Shown one piece after another: positions 19,617 to 29,486 of a DNA stretch of 64,000 nt. This stretch comes from an uncultured archaeon. GTDB lineage: Archaea; Asgardarchaeota; Thorarchaeia; Thorarchaeales; Thorarchaeaceae. The notes below the pieces were generated by a model, which ran no database searches, was not told where the DNA came from, and was given only the letters and a program-made list of their open reading frames with translations. Location of the stretch: positions 32,001-96,000 of the forward strand of contig CAYWJO010000007.1 in NCBI GenBank assembly GCA_964458565.1, written 5' to 3'. Position numbers and translations under genes: made by a program. Numbering within the stretch: position 1 is the first letter of the stretch; each line of letters opens with the position of its first letter.

Positions 19617-20321
19617 ATGTCCGAGAGAAACGTTATGCAGACTGGACAAGAACTTGCCATCACTGCTAATATTGCGGCTTTCATTGTATCCGCAGCAGTT
19701 GCAGCATTTTTACTTCGCCTATGGTATCGACAGGAGAACAAAATCTACACTGACCTACCGTTGATGTTTGGAATTACTTTCGCATCGATGGCTTTGAATG
19801 CCTTAATTCAAGCTATCACAATATCTGAAATTATTGGTGCCACGATGGATATTTTTCGTATTCGGGCTCTAGTAATCAGTGGGTCTGCATTCCCTCTACT
19901 TGGTGCATTACTCAATATCTGGCTTCCAAAATATCAGAAACATCATGTACAAATCATGTTGTCACTCATTGGATATTGGATCCTTGTATCTGTTCTGGGT
20001 CCAACAGAAGCATTAGTAATGTCACTTTTGATTCCCCTGCTTCTTGTATTCACCATTGGCATGATGGTTACCTTCTCTATTACTTGGAAGACGGGTCGAT
20101 TAGAAGAAGTCCGGAGCGACCTCATGGTCCTGACGCTACTCATTGGTTTTGTAAGCCAAGTAATCCGTGTCCCAATGACATCGATGGGTCTAGATTTCAT
20201 TCCGATTAGTATTGCTGCATTATCTGCCGTAATTGGTGGGTTCGCATTGGCAAATCCATGGTACCATCAGAAACAGGCACGAGCCAAGATAGAATCACAT
20301 TCAGTTGTAGTTGGTGTATAG
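19617..20321 (+). CDS. Hypothetical 7-TM membrane protein
   Basis: About seven hydrophobic segments in 234 aa. Confidence 0.75.
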   Translation: MSERNVMQTGQELAITANIAAFIVSAAVAAFLLRLWYRQENKIYTDLPLMFGITFASMALNALIQAITISEIIGATMDIFRIRALVISGSAFPLLGALLNIWLPKYQKHHVQIMLSLIGYWILVSVLGPTEALVMSLLIPLLLVFTIGMMVTFSITWKTGRLEEVRSDLMVLTLLIGFVSQVIRVPMTSMGLDFIPISIAALSAVIGGFALANPWYHQKQARAKIESHSVVVGV

Positions 20322-20323
20322 TC

Positions 20324-21226
20324 TTGAATGCAAGATTAGTAGTTTTATATAACAACAAAGCCCCAGCTAACAGTCCTTTCAAGAGTTCAAACGGGCTCAG
20401 TTGGTATTTAGAGTTTGAAGACCAGCATATTCTATTTGATTTGGGATTGAAGGGATCGACACTTTTACACAATATGGAACAAATAGGAATTAGTCCTGAC
20501 GATATCGATATACTTGTCCTATCACACGCTCATATTGACCACACAGGTGCCTTACCTGATTTCCTTAAAGCTCGAACTACTGCAAAAAAACTCCTAGTTA
20601 TTGCCCATCCAAGTGTACTGGAACCAAAACGTGCTGCTCGTTTGTTGAATATTGGATTACCTGACCTAGATTTAGAACTTAAGCAACGGGTTCGGTTACA
20701 GATGACTGATGCCCCATACGCCATCAATCCATTTGTGTTCACAACAGGGGAAATCTCTGACCGTAGCGAAAAGGATGGCACAGGATGGGTGATGCAACAT
20801 CTGTTTGATGGACATTGGTCCACAGATCCCATATTGGATGACCAATCAATCGTCCTGAGTACCAAAAAGGGGCTAATTGTAATTTGTGGGTGTTGCCATG
20901 CTGGTTTGATTAACACATGCAACCATGTCAAGAATATGGTTCATTCAAGAATCATCCATGTGTTAGGCGGGACTCACACCAGATCCTTCTCTCGTGATCA
21001 AATGGAATATATTGGGGACAAACTCGAATTGGAACTTGAGCTTCCAAATCTCTCTCTTGGTCATTGCGTGGGTCGTAAACAGTTACAGTATCTGAAAGAC
21101 CGGTTTGGAACAAAACTAGTGGGAGAATTAGAGGTCGGAGATGAGTTCACTTTCGAACTATCCGTACCTGATCCAATGGTGATGCAGGAAATCTGGCGAA
21201 TACAGAATCATCCGGCATCCGACTAA
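20324..21226 (+). CDS. MBL-fold metallo-hydrolase (COG1237 / MJ0301-like)
   Basis: GLS, ILFDLG, LSHAHIDHTG, DDQS, GCCHAG, GGTH, GHC; TTG start after the upstream stop. Confidence 0.88.
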   Translation: MNARLVVLYNNKAPANSPFKSSNGLSWYLEFEDQHILFDLGLKGSTLLHNMEQIGISPDDIDILVLSHAHIDHTGALPDFLKARTTAKKLLVIAHPSVLEPKRAARLLNIGLPDLDLELKQRVRLQMTDAPYAINPFVFTTGEISDRSEKDGTGWVMQHLFDGHWSTDPILDDQSIVLSTKKGLIVICGCCHAGLINTCNHVKNMVHSRIIHVLGGTHTRSFSRDQMEYIGDKLELELELPNLSLGHCVGRKQLQYLKDRFGTKLVGELEVGDEFTFELSVPDPMVMQEIWRIQNHPASD

Positions 21227-21283
21227 TACGAGTTCGTCAATAGTCGAAATCCTTATCTTCTAGCTCTGAGGAAATAATTCCAC

Positions 21284-22009
21284 ATGTCAACTCAGACATC
21301 AGCTAGGGAAAGGCTTGCCAAAAGGATTGCTGGCGAGATTGCATTGTCTGATATGCCCGGACAAACTATGCGTATTTGGAGAGAGCGATTCAGGCTCCCC
21401 CAGATTGTACTAGCTGACTATCTGAATATCAGCCCCAGTGTGATAAGTGACTATGAGTCAGGGCGAAGAAAATCCCCTGGGACTGCAACAATACGTCGTT
21501 TTGTCATGGCACTTCTTGCATTGGATGAGCGAAATGGGGGTCAAGTCATTTCGGCTTTCCTTCGTCTGATGGATGTTTCCTTAGTCGACATGAACATAGT
21601 ATTAGCCATGAGTGATTTTCGATCCCCCATCACGATTCGTGAATTCTGTAAGCAACTGAAATGTGATATTCTTACGGGAGAATCCATGTTAGATAAGGAA
21701 CTCTATGGCTACACATTGGTTGATGTTGAACGTGCAGTAAAGGAACTTGATAATGAGGCTTTTCTCAAGTTATTTGGGGCGACAACTGAACGTTGTTTGC
21801 TATTTACTAAAGTGAGTACTGGCCGGGCGCCTCTGATTGCAATCAAGTCTCAAGAATTCAAGCCCACACTCGTTATATTACATGGTGCGAGTGAGGTTGA
21901 CAGATTAGCTTTGGACCTCTCAGAACAGATGAGAATCCCCCTTGCAGTCAGCAGAATCGGACCGATTGAGTCTCTTGTTAAAGAACTCAGAGGTGTAGAC
22001 CCTAATTAA
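21284..22009 (+). CDS. Archaeal XRE-HTH transcriptional regulator (COG1709-like)
   Basis: IAGEIALS..PG..MR.WRE, SVISDYESGRRKSPG, FTKVSTGRAP. Confidence 0.88.
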   Translation: MSTQTSARERLAKRIAGEIALSDMPGQTMRIWRERFRLPQIVLADYLNISPSVISDYESGRRKSPGTATIRRFVMALLALDERNGGQVISAFLRLMDVSLVDMNIVLAMSDFRSPITIREFCKQLKCDILTGESMLDKELYGYTLVDVERAVKELDNEAFLKLFGATTERCLLFTKVSTGRAPLIAIKSQEFKPTLVILHGASEVDRLALDLSEQMRIPLAVSRIGPIESLVKELRGVDPN

Positions 22010-22920
22010 CCGAGAATCATCTTAAGAATCGCCATTCTAGTAACTACACCACTGTAGACTTGATCAAAGTACTTTGCATGGGGCGTAGCATCAACATCAG
22101 GATCAATTTCATCTACTCGTGGGAGTGGATGCAAGATTATTGCTTCAGGTTTCATCTGTTCTACTTCATTCATCGTAATGCGGAATTTACCCTTTACAGA
22201 ATCATATTCACGAATATCAGGGAATCGTTCTTTCTGTATTCGTGTCATGTAAACTACATCAACATCTTTCACCGCATCTTCCAGATTCTCCACTTCTTCC
22301 ACTTCGATTCCAGCTTCTTTCATCTCATTAATGATTGTGGGTTTCATTCTGAGAGCTTGAGGTGCTGCCAGTTTGACCTTGACATTATAATATCTAAGCG
22401 CAAGACCGAGGGAATGTACTGTTCGTCCGTACTTCAAATCTCCACAGAGGGATATCGTAATTCCGTCAATCGAGTTTTTCATTTTCTTTATCGAGTATAA
22501 GTCTAAGAGTGCCTGTGTTGGATGTTCTTCAGATCCGCTTCCTGCATTGATAACGGGAATTTTAGAGAACTCAGATGCCACTCGTGCTGAACCATCTAGT
22601 GGATGACGAATGACAATAATATCTGCATAACGCTCTACAGTTCTTATTGTATCTGCAAGTGTTTCCCCTTTCCCCCCGGCACTAGTTGCTATCACATCAG
22701 CAAACCCGAGCACCTTACCACCAAGCCGGAGCATCGCACTCTCAAATGAAAGTCTGGTTCTTGTAGATGCTTCAAAGAAGAGAGTTGCCATTATCTTGTT
22801 GCTTAGCTCATTAGATCTATCGATTGCAATTTTCTCCATACTTGCTGCATTGTCCAAAATGAGATCGATATCTTCCCTTTTCAGGTCGTGAATACTAATT
22901 AGATTATGAAGCTTACCCAT
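22006..22920 (-). CDS. pyrB: Aspartate carbamoyltransferase catalytic subunit
   Basis: FFEASTRTRLSFE, HPTQALLD, GDLKYGRTVHS, YMTRIQKERF, HPLPR. Confidence 0.97.
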   Translation of the reverse strand: MGKLHNLISIHDLKREDIDLILDNAASMEKIAIDRSNELSNKIMATLFFEASTRTRLSFESAMLRLGGKVLGFADVIATSAGGKGETLADTIRTVERYADIIVIRHPLDGSARVASEFSKIPVINAGSGSEEHPTQALLDLYSIKKMKNSIDGITISLCGDLKYGRTVHSLGLALRYYNVKVKLAAPQALRMKPTIINEMKEAGIEVEEVENLEDAVKDVDVVYMTRIQKERFPDIREYDSVKGKFRITMNEVEQMKPEAIILHPLPRVDEIDPDVDATPHAKYFDQVYSGVVTRMAILKMILG

Positions 22921-22971
22921 ATAGCCACAATCCTAGACTATCTGGGATTTTTCAACTAAGATATACCTTCT

Positions 22972-23460
22972 TTAACCTTCCTGATTGTTAGATGCATTTC
23001 TCCCATATTTTCTCACTATGTCTATTTTTCTAACAGTGAGATCTGCCTCTCTGACAAGTTGGGCTGCAAGTTCATCATCGTATTCTTCGATATAGATTAT
23101 CTCATTGATACCTGCATTGATTATCATCTTTGTACAGATACTGCAAGGTTTGGTTGTACCGTAAATCTTTGCACCACGAACACTCACACCATGATAAGCA
23201 GCTTGAATAATCGCATTTTGCTCTGCATGAAGTCCTCGACAGAGTTCGTGGCGTTCACCGGGTTTTACTCCCAACTGCTCTCTGATACATCCAACCTCAT
23301 CACAGTGCGGTAATCCCTTTGGAGCTCCATTATAACCAGTGGATAGAATTTGGCCGTCTTTAACTATGACGGCTCCTACTTGATTTCTTAGGCAGGTACT
23401 CCTAGATGAAACCAGATCTGAAATCTCACCAAAGTATACATCCTTGCTCTTTCGTTTCAA
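22972..23460 (-). CDS. dCMP deaminase (ComEB family)
   Basis: RSTC, TGYNG, HAEQNA, PCSIC. Confidence 0.93.
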   Translation of the reverse strand: MKRKSKDVYFGEISDLVSSRSTCLRNQVGAVIVKDGQILSTGYNGAPKGLPHCDEVGCIREQLGVKPGERHELCRGLHAEQNAIIQAAYHGVSVRGAKIYGTTKPCSICTKMIINAGINEIIYIEEYDDELAAQLVREADLTVRKIDIVRKYGRNASNNQEG

Positions 23461-23601
23461 TGGTCATTCATTCCTTGATTATTCCACTCGTGTGTGATTG
23501 AATTCCTCTTAAGAAGTTCACCTTAGTCATAGATGGGAAAGATAAAAAGAACACACCTTTTGAGAATAGATATCTCCTCAATTAGATGGATGATTTCAAA
23601 G

Positions 23602-23946
23602 ATGCGTAAGAAAGACGGTATTGTGATTTGGCCTGCATATATAGACTCAACATTGTCTCGTTCAGAGGGACGAAGGATTCCTAAAAATCTGGCTGCACCT
23701 ACTGTCACGGTCTCTATATTGGCAAAGGCAGCAGAGGCTTCCGCAATGGAATATAAAATCGAGCAGTCAAAACTCTATCCACGTACATGGATAAGCGGTA
23801 ATAGTGGTTACATAGTCGTGAAGGGAACAAGTCATCCCAAGAAAAGATTACTCTTGATGCTGGCTAAGAGTGTAAGAAAGATTGTTGCACAACGCGAATC
23901 TGCTACTAAGGAATCTAAGAAGAAGAGTAAAAAACGACGAAAGTAG
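23602..23946 (+). CDS. srp19: Signal recognition particle 19 kDa protein
   Basis: VIWPAYIDS..SRSEGRRIPK, YPR. Confidence 0.92.
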   Translation: MRKKDGIVIWPAYIDSTLSRSEGRRIPKNLAAPTVTVSILAKAAEASAMEYKIEQSKLYPRTWISGNSGYIVVKGTSHPKKRLLLMLAKSVRKIVAQRESATKESKKKSKKRRK

Positions 23947-23960
23947 GAGATTTATGTATA

Positions 23961-24203
23961 ATGCGGCGTCTTGGTGAAGTCTTACATCTTTCAAAACGTG
24001 GCTCTTTGATCCTTAGAACTGAGAAGACTCCTCCCATTGGACACCATGCTCTTGTTCTAGATAAGAAGGCAAACAGAATTGGTACCATAATCGATGTATT
24101 TGGTCCAGTTGGAAATCCCTACGTGGCAATTCGACCGTTCAATAACACAAATTCCGAATCTCTGATAGGGCAAGTATTATACCTTCAGAAGAAAGAAAAA
24201 TGA
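23961..24203 (+). CDS. gar1: H/ACA RNP subunit Gar1/Naf1
   Basis: MRRLG.VLH, IG.IIDVFGPV.NPYVAI. Confidence 0.9.
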   Translation: MRRLGEVLHLSKRGSLILRTEKTPPIGHHALVLDKKANRIGTIIDVFGPVGNPYVAIRPFNNTNSESLIGQVLYLQKKEK

Positions 24204-24337
24204 CGTACACAAATGTACATTAGGGAACATTCTATATCATAAAGGATGCGATTATGTTTGGCACCTTCCGAAATCTAAATAATCCTCCATATACTATGGC
24301 TAGTATTGCCATGTGTCTAATATCAAGGGTCATACCA

Positions 24338-24679
24338 ATGAACGAGATAGCAACCCAAATCCTAAGCGTACTTCGCGCTGCAGGTAGTAGTGGCTTGCTA
24401 ATTGATGAACTTATAGACAAGATTGGCGTCGACGCAGATACAATTACAGAAACCTTAGACAAGTTATCAACAGAGGGACTAATAATGCAGAAACAAGAAC
24501 TAAAAAATGAACAACCCACGATTAGAGCACATATTGGCAATGAACCTGATGGAAGCAGCATGACAGATTTGAATGGCTGTCCGTGTTTCCATTGTCTCAG
24601 AATAGGCCGATGCGGTCTCAGGCAACCTGATTCTCCAGCTGACTGTAGAGAACTAGAGTCTTGGATGGGTTCCAGCTAG
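24338..24679 (+). CDS. TFE-beta / RPC34-like winged-helix plus Fe-S protein
   Basis: N-terminal wHTH; C-terminal CPCxxCxxxxxC-x10-C..L..W; located after gar1. Confidence 0.8.
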   Translation: MNEIATQILSVLRAAGSSGLLIDELIDKIGVDADTITETLDKLSTEGLIMQKQELKNEQPTIRAHIGNEPDGSSMTDLNGCPCFHCLRIGRCGLRQPDSPADCRELESWMGSS

Positions 24680-24683
24680 GAAC

Positions 24684-25295
24684 CTATTCATTCTCCACAC
24701 GCTTCTTTGGATTTGCTGCGAGGAGATATATTTCCGCGCTAGTTTGTCTTGAGGCATGAGGTTTTACTAATCTTACAGATCCGAATTTATTACGAGTTTC
24801 CTGCAGGAATTGTTGAAATCCTGCACCCTGAAAGACTTTTGTCACAACTTTTCCTTTTGCTCCTAATAATGTGATTCCAATTTCCAGAGTTATCTCTGCC
24901 AATTCTAATTGTCGTGCAACATCTAACTCCCAATGACCACTTACCTTCGGTGAACAATCTGATATAATAAGGTCTGCCTTTCCTCCTATCAGTTCCTCAA
25001 CCTGGCTAATGACTTTTGGATCTGTTATATCTCCCTGAACAAATTTGACGCTCTCAATAGGCTGCATTTGGTCCAAATCAACCGCCACAATCTCGAGGCC
25101 TTTATCAAACTCGAGAAGTACCTGCGTCCAACTTCCAGGACTGGAACAGAGTTCAACTACTTTATCAACACCCTTGAGCAGATTATATTTTTCAATCAAC
25201 TGTCTTAGTTTGTAGGCTGAACGAGCTCTATAACCATGTTTCTTAGCAGCCTGGTAGTAATGCTCTTTTGTTCTTGGTCGCCTTGGTCTTCCCAT
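24684..25295 (-). CDS. rlmE: 23S rRNA 2'-O-methyltransferase RlmE/RrmJ
   Basis: GYRARSAYKL, PGSW, AVDL, GDI, KVFQG, KP.ASR..SAE.Y. Confidence 0.95.
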   Translation of the reverse strand: MGRPRRPRTKEHYYQAAKKHGYRARSAYKLRQLIEKYNLLKGVDKVVELCSSPGSWTQVLLEFDKGLEIVAVDLDQMQPIESVKFVQGDITDPKVISQVEELIGGKADLIISDCSPKVSGHWELDVARQLELAEITLEIGITLLGAKGKVVTKVFQGAGFQQFLQETRNKFGSVRLVKPHASRQTSAEIYLLAANPKKRVENE

Positions 25296-26495
25296 TTATT
25301 CACTCGCCCTGTTTATGTGTTCGATAGTTTTTGCAATATATTCGATATCTGCATTGGTTCTAATTGCTGTTGGTCTGAAGTGGGTCCTACTCACATCATA
25401 TCCATTGTTCCTTAATGCTTCTATGATATCACCTGTTTTTGGTGGTCTATTATCATGAAGATCACAGAGTTCATGAATATCAACATAGAGGTTATCTGTT
25501 AGATTATGCTCCTCAATCATCAGCTCCAATATGCGTATTGCTCTTTTTTCAAAAACGAAATCGTTTTCCCTGTATAGCTCACACGCGTTGCTCAATATCC
25601 TTTTGTCATACAAATTTCCAATCCAAAGTGGACCTGCTACTCTACCCTTACCTTCACATCTATCGCATCTGCTATGCAAACTTTTCGAATTTAACAATGA
25701 TACTTTCCATCCACTCATACATTTTGGGCAGTAGTAGATGAACCCAATCTGATTCGCCTGTTTGTTGGTAGTTTTCCTTTCTGCATCTACTTTGAGCCAT
25801 AATCGCACATAATGGTCTGTACTGAGAGAAATTAATGGGTTGATTGCTCGGTCATTCATTCCTGCAACATGGTATATCAGACCAATGAGCAGACGTATTG
25901 CAATCTCATGCAGAAATGGTGCCTTTATGGAAATACCCCCATACTTTCTGAGTGCAACTCTTGGAAACACTCCACATAGCACCGGCATATCTGTTGCTGT
26001 GACAGCCAATAGTCCGTTTTTTGGAACCAGTGATTGGATTGCTGCATTGATGAACACAGCAGGTGAACCAAACGGGTCGACGTCAACATAGTCAAATCGC
26101 TTCCCCCTTGATTCCGATAAAAGGAGCAATTTAGCATCCCCCGTCAGTACTTTTGCACGATGTTGGAGATTATTATGTTCTATATTTTGTTTGGCAATTT
26201 TGGATGCTTCGGGATTGATGTCAAACATCAGGCCTTCATAATCACCTATTCCTTCGTTTAGGTATCTTAGAGTTCTCACTCCTGAGCTCGCAAGAGGTTC
26301 ACAAAAGTTCTTGATGGGATACATTTGATTATAGGTTGAGAGAAACAGTACTGAGAGGTCTCGATTTACTACCATTCGAGGGTTATAGAAGATGGGAAGC
26401 GAGGCTTTTGGCTGTGTCTTATTCTCACTATAATGATCAAGATCTGCACTGAAGAAGGGTGTTCTTCCTTCATAATACTCCTTGAGCTTCACCAT
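25296..26495 (-). CDS. trm1: tRNA (guanine26-N2)-dimethyltransferase
   Basis: FYNPRM..NRDLS, SGVR.LRY, DVDPFGSP, VTATD, GPLWIG, SRTHF. Confidence 0.95.
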   Translation of the reverse strand: MVKLKEYYEGRTPFFSADLDHYSENKTQPKASLPIFYNPRMVVNRDLSVLFLSTYNQMYPIKNFCEPLASSGVRTLRYLNEGIGDYEGLMFDINPEASKIAKQNIEHNNLQHRAKVLTGDAKLLLLSESRGKRFDYVDVDPFGSPAVFINAAIQSLVPKNGLLAVTATDMPVLCGVFPRVALRKYGGISIKAPFLHEIAIRLLIGLIYHVAGMNDRAINPLISLSTDHYVRLWLKVDAERKTTNKQANQIGFIYYCPKCMSGWKVSLLNSKSLHSRCDRCEGKGRVAGPLWIGNLYDKRILSNACELYRENDFVFEKRAIRILELMIEEHNLTDNLYVDIHELCDLHDNRPPKTGDIIEALRNNGYDVSRTHFRPTAIRTNADIEYIAKTIEHINRASE

Positions 26496-26546
26496 AGGTC
26501 TTCTTTCTGATAGAACCCTGTTGCATTAATAAACGAGTGGGAGTAA

Positions 26547-26645
26547 GTGTCATGGCCCGAAACCGCACCTGTCATAGAAAAGAAGCCGCTACTCAGCAAG
26601 TGGGGGAAAATGAGTATATTGGAGGCTCTTAGAGGACCATGACAT
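26547..26645 (-). ncRNA. Candidate structured RNA upstream of trm1
   Basis: 11-bp closing stem TGTCATGGTCC/GGGCCATGACA (G-U on - strand, C-A mismatch on +) enclosing AAGAGCC/GGCTTCTT and TACTCA/TGAGTA helices. Confidence 0.4.
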
Positions 26646-26757
26646 ATCTCTGTTATCATAGCCCCTTTTGAAGTCCTAGTTATTTGTTCACAATCCACAA
26701 CCTCTAAGTGGGATTAGATACCCATGCAAATTGAATACCATTTAGTGGTGGTAGATT

Positions 26758-27246
26758 ATGGCTACAAAAGTTAGAATAGACACACAATATGGTCCGATTC
26801 ATGCAGAATTCTGGAATGATGATGCTATAAACACGGTCAAGAATTTCATCGTGCTTGCCCAGAGTGGTTATTACGATGGACTGACATTCCATCGAGTGGT
26901 TGACGATTTCGTTATACAGGGCGGAGACCCAACCGGTTCTGGTAGTGGAGGTCCTGGCTACGCAATACCCTGTGAAACCCGAGGTCATAGACAGAAGCAC
27001 GAAGATGGGTCCTTCTCAATGGCTCATGCAGGCCGCGACACTGGTGGTAGTCAATTCTTCATTGTTTTAAACAAGAACAGCACTAAGCACCTTGATGGTC
27101 GACACACAGTCTTTGGTAAGGTCACAGAAGGTTTTGACATTGTCCAGAAGATCAAACAGGGTGATAAGATGCTAAAAGTAGAAGTACTTGAAGTAGACCC
27201 TGAGATTGAAAGTCACGAACTTCAGAAACTCAAATCTTGGAGATAG
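26758..27246 (+). CDS. Cyclophilin-type peptidyl-prolyl isomerase
   Basis: FHRVV..FVIQGGDP, SMAHAG.DTGGSQFF, HLDGRHTVFG. Confidence 0.96.
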   Translation: MATKVRIDTQYGPIHAEFWNDDAINTVKNFIVLAQSGYYDGLTFHRVVDDFVIQGGDPTGSGSGGPGYAIPCETRGHRQKHEDGSFSMAHAGRDTGGSQFFIVLNKNSTKHLDGRHTVFGKVTEGFDIVQKIKQGDKMLKVEVLEVDPEIESHELQKLKSWR

Positions 27247-27266
27247 TTACATAGTCCACTTGAGGG

Positions 27267-28157
27267 ATGAGCTTGAGATACGGATTAGTCCCCCTTGAAT
27301 TCAAACCCACTGTTGACCGAATAATCACTGACGGTAAACCTGATTTCTCTCGGTTCAACATTGTTGATATGGTTAGAGATGCTGTACAGATTGAACACAT
27401 TAGTGTCATAGAGGTCACGATGGACGTTTGGTATGTGATTCCTGGAGCTCTTACTCCTGATACAATAAATCAGCTAGCAGAGCTCAAGGACGACTATGGA
27501 CACTCCTATACTGCTCATCTTCCTCTCTGGTCTATTGAACTTGCAACGTTTAATGACCCGGTTAGAACAGGTGGTGTAAGGAGTATTGTTGATTCCATCA
27601 AACTGGTTGAGCCTCTTGAACCCGAATTCTACGTGTTACATTCTACAGGCTCACTAGCCGCAGAGTTTGCAAGGTTGGATTTTGCTAAAGAGATGGTGAA
27701 CGTGATATGCACAGCAATGGCAGGATTTTCAGCTACAAGTGTTGAAGAAATTCTGGCCCAGAGTGAGATAGACCCTCGACGAATTGCTGTGGAAAATGTT
27801 GAATTCCCCTTTGAGACAACTCGTGCAATAATTGATGAGTATGACCTGAGCATCTGTTTTGATACGGGACACCTCTTGACCAAGTATTCTGGTAACGAGT
27901 CTGTACTTGAGTTCTATCAAGAGCACAAAGACCGTATTACTGAACTCCACCTGAATGATGGTACATATAGAGAGGTAGACGGGGTCCCTATTCATGCCGA
28001 TCATCTTGCCCTTGGAACTGGAGAGCTCCCTGTAAGGGAATTTCTTCTTGAATTACTCAAGGATGACTTTGACGGACCTATGATCTTTGAGCTTACCGCT
28101 GAAGAGGCTCGTCAATCCTTACAGAAAATTCATGAAGTTATACCCGAGGCAATTTAA
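27267..28157 (+). CDS. Xylose-isomerase/AP-endonuclease-2 TIM barrel (possibly CbiR-like)
   Basis: HLP, VLH, VEN, CFDTGH, HLND, DHLALG.G, FE. Confidence 0.8.
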   Translation: MSLRYGLVPLEFKPTVDRIITDGKPDFSRFNIVDMVRDAVQIEHISVIEVTMDVWYVIPGALTPDTINQLAELKDDYGHSYTAHLPLWSIELATFNDPVRTGGVRSIVDSIKLVEPLEPEFYVLHSTGSLAAEFARLDFAKEMVNVICTAMAGFSATSVEEILAQSEIDPRRIAVENVEFPFETTRAIIDEYDLSICFDTGHLLTKYSGNESVLEFYQEHKDRITELHLNDGTYREVDGVPIHADHLALGTGELPVREFLLELLKDDFDGPMIFELTAEEARQSLQKIHEVIPEAI

Positions 28158-28230
28158 GATACTGTTCTACGAGCGTGATTGCTAAGGCACATACTGACAT
28201 AGCCCGAAACTCTGAGGACTGTGAACTATA

Positions 28231-29151
28231 ATGACTACCAAGATGCGCTCGTTTCATTGGAAGGATGACTTTGAATTAGTAAAGTCCTTTCTAATTGAGA
28301 CATTTGAGTTGACTCCGTACCACAACTGGATTCCTTCAAGACTCGAAAATGTAAGATTTGGTCCTTGTGGGCCCGAATACCAAGATGAAGAGGACGAATA
28401 TATCAAAATTTGGGAGGAAATTACAGATTTAGGTACAAAGATAATAGCTGTATCCTATATGAAACCATCACTGGAATGTTGGATTCATACACATCCTGAT
28501 TACAAGCACGTTGAGAGAGAGATCATTCTCTGGACTGAGAATCATGCAAAAGAGATGAAACCCGATGCAGGTGAACGAAAAATCAGCTTCATCACGCGTG
28601 ACATAGATGAGAAGCGCGTTTCACTATTGAACGAAATGGGTTATCAAGAGATTGAGCTATATGGAGACTTACAAGTACGCCCTACTGATTTACCTGCTCC
28701 TGATTATACAGTGCCTGATGGATTCTCGATCACACACGCTCTCATGGAGCAAGATTTTGAGAAATACACAGAAGTACAAGGATCTGTCTTTCCACACTGC
28801 AAAAATATGACTAAGAAGTTGCTGATGCATTATGCTTCAGCTTCGTTCTACAACGCAGAACTTGATATTGTAGCTGTAGCTCCAGATGGCAGGTTTGCTG
28901 CATTCTGTACAGTGCGAATAGATCCCGTAAGCAAAATCGCTGAACTAGAACCCGTTGGTACAAATCCTGAGTTCAGGAAATTGGGCCTTGCGAGAGCTGT
29001 GGTACTAGAGGGACTACATCGTGTTAAGAAATACAATCCTTCCGCGATATGCATACCTGGTGCTGCAGCGACTGAGGGGGCGCGGAATCTCTACAAATCA
29101 GTTGGTTTCCAAATAATCGGTGGCGAATACCTCTGGAATAAGACGATTTAG
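28231..29151 (+). CDS. Tandem GNAT acetyltransferase
   Basis: EPVGT.PEFRKLGLA motif A; A..LYKSVGF. Confidence 0.88.
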   Translation: MTTKMRSFHWKDDFELVKSFLIETFELTPYHNWIPSRLENVRFGPCGPEYQDEEDEYIKIWEEITDLGTKIIAVSYMKPSLECWIHTHPDYKHVEREIILWTENHAKEMKPDAGERKISFITRDIDEKRVSLLNEMGYQEIELYGDLQVRPTDLPAPDYTVPDGFSITHALMEQDFEKYTEVQGSVFPHCKNMTKKLLMHYASASFYNAELDIVAVAPDGRFAAFCTVRIDPVSKIAELEPVGTNPEFRKLGLARAVVLEGLHRVKKYNPSAICIPGAAATEGARNLYKSVGFQIIGGEYLWNKTI

Positions 29152-29313
29152 GACAGATTCTCTATCAGGAATACCACGATACCTATCTGTCTCTTCATGA
29201 CATCATGAAAATCAAATTTGCCTAAAGTTATTGGGTTTTGACTGGCTTGTGAATGGTCAACGAATATTGCAGTAACGTTTTTATCGGAACGCTCTCCCCC
29301 AACTATCACCCAT

Positions 29314-29419
29314 GGGCCCGTGGCATAGCCTGGTGAAATCGACCACGGTCATTTCGGGTTTTTATTGCGCCGCTCTGATAAGGCGGATGTCGGGTGTTCA
29401 AATCACCCCGGGCCCACCA
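29314..29419 (+). tRNA. tRNA-Ile(GAT) with about 28-nt D-loop intron (29334-29361, about 19/20)
   Basis: Acceptor GGGCCCG/CGGGCCC, anticodon loop CT-GAT-AA (29377-29379), T-arm GGGTG-TTCAAAT-CACCC, CCA; BHB with central helix GCCT/GGGT. Confidence 0.88.
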
Positions 29420-29486
29420 CTTTCTATTGAATTGAACCCAATCCTTTTTCACAAAGTACAACTCATGTTATTTGCTGTTGTTTGCT

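Noticed and set aside
26489-26757. rRNA, 5S, SRP RNA or small protein gene in the trm1-cyclophilin gap
   Set aside because: Only a 13-nt rRNA match; no 5S or SRP motifs; the short ORFs lack coding features
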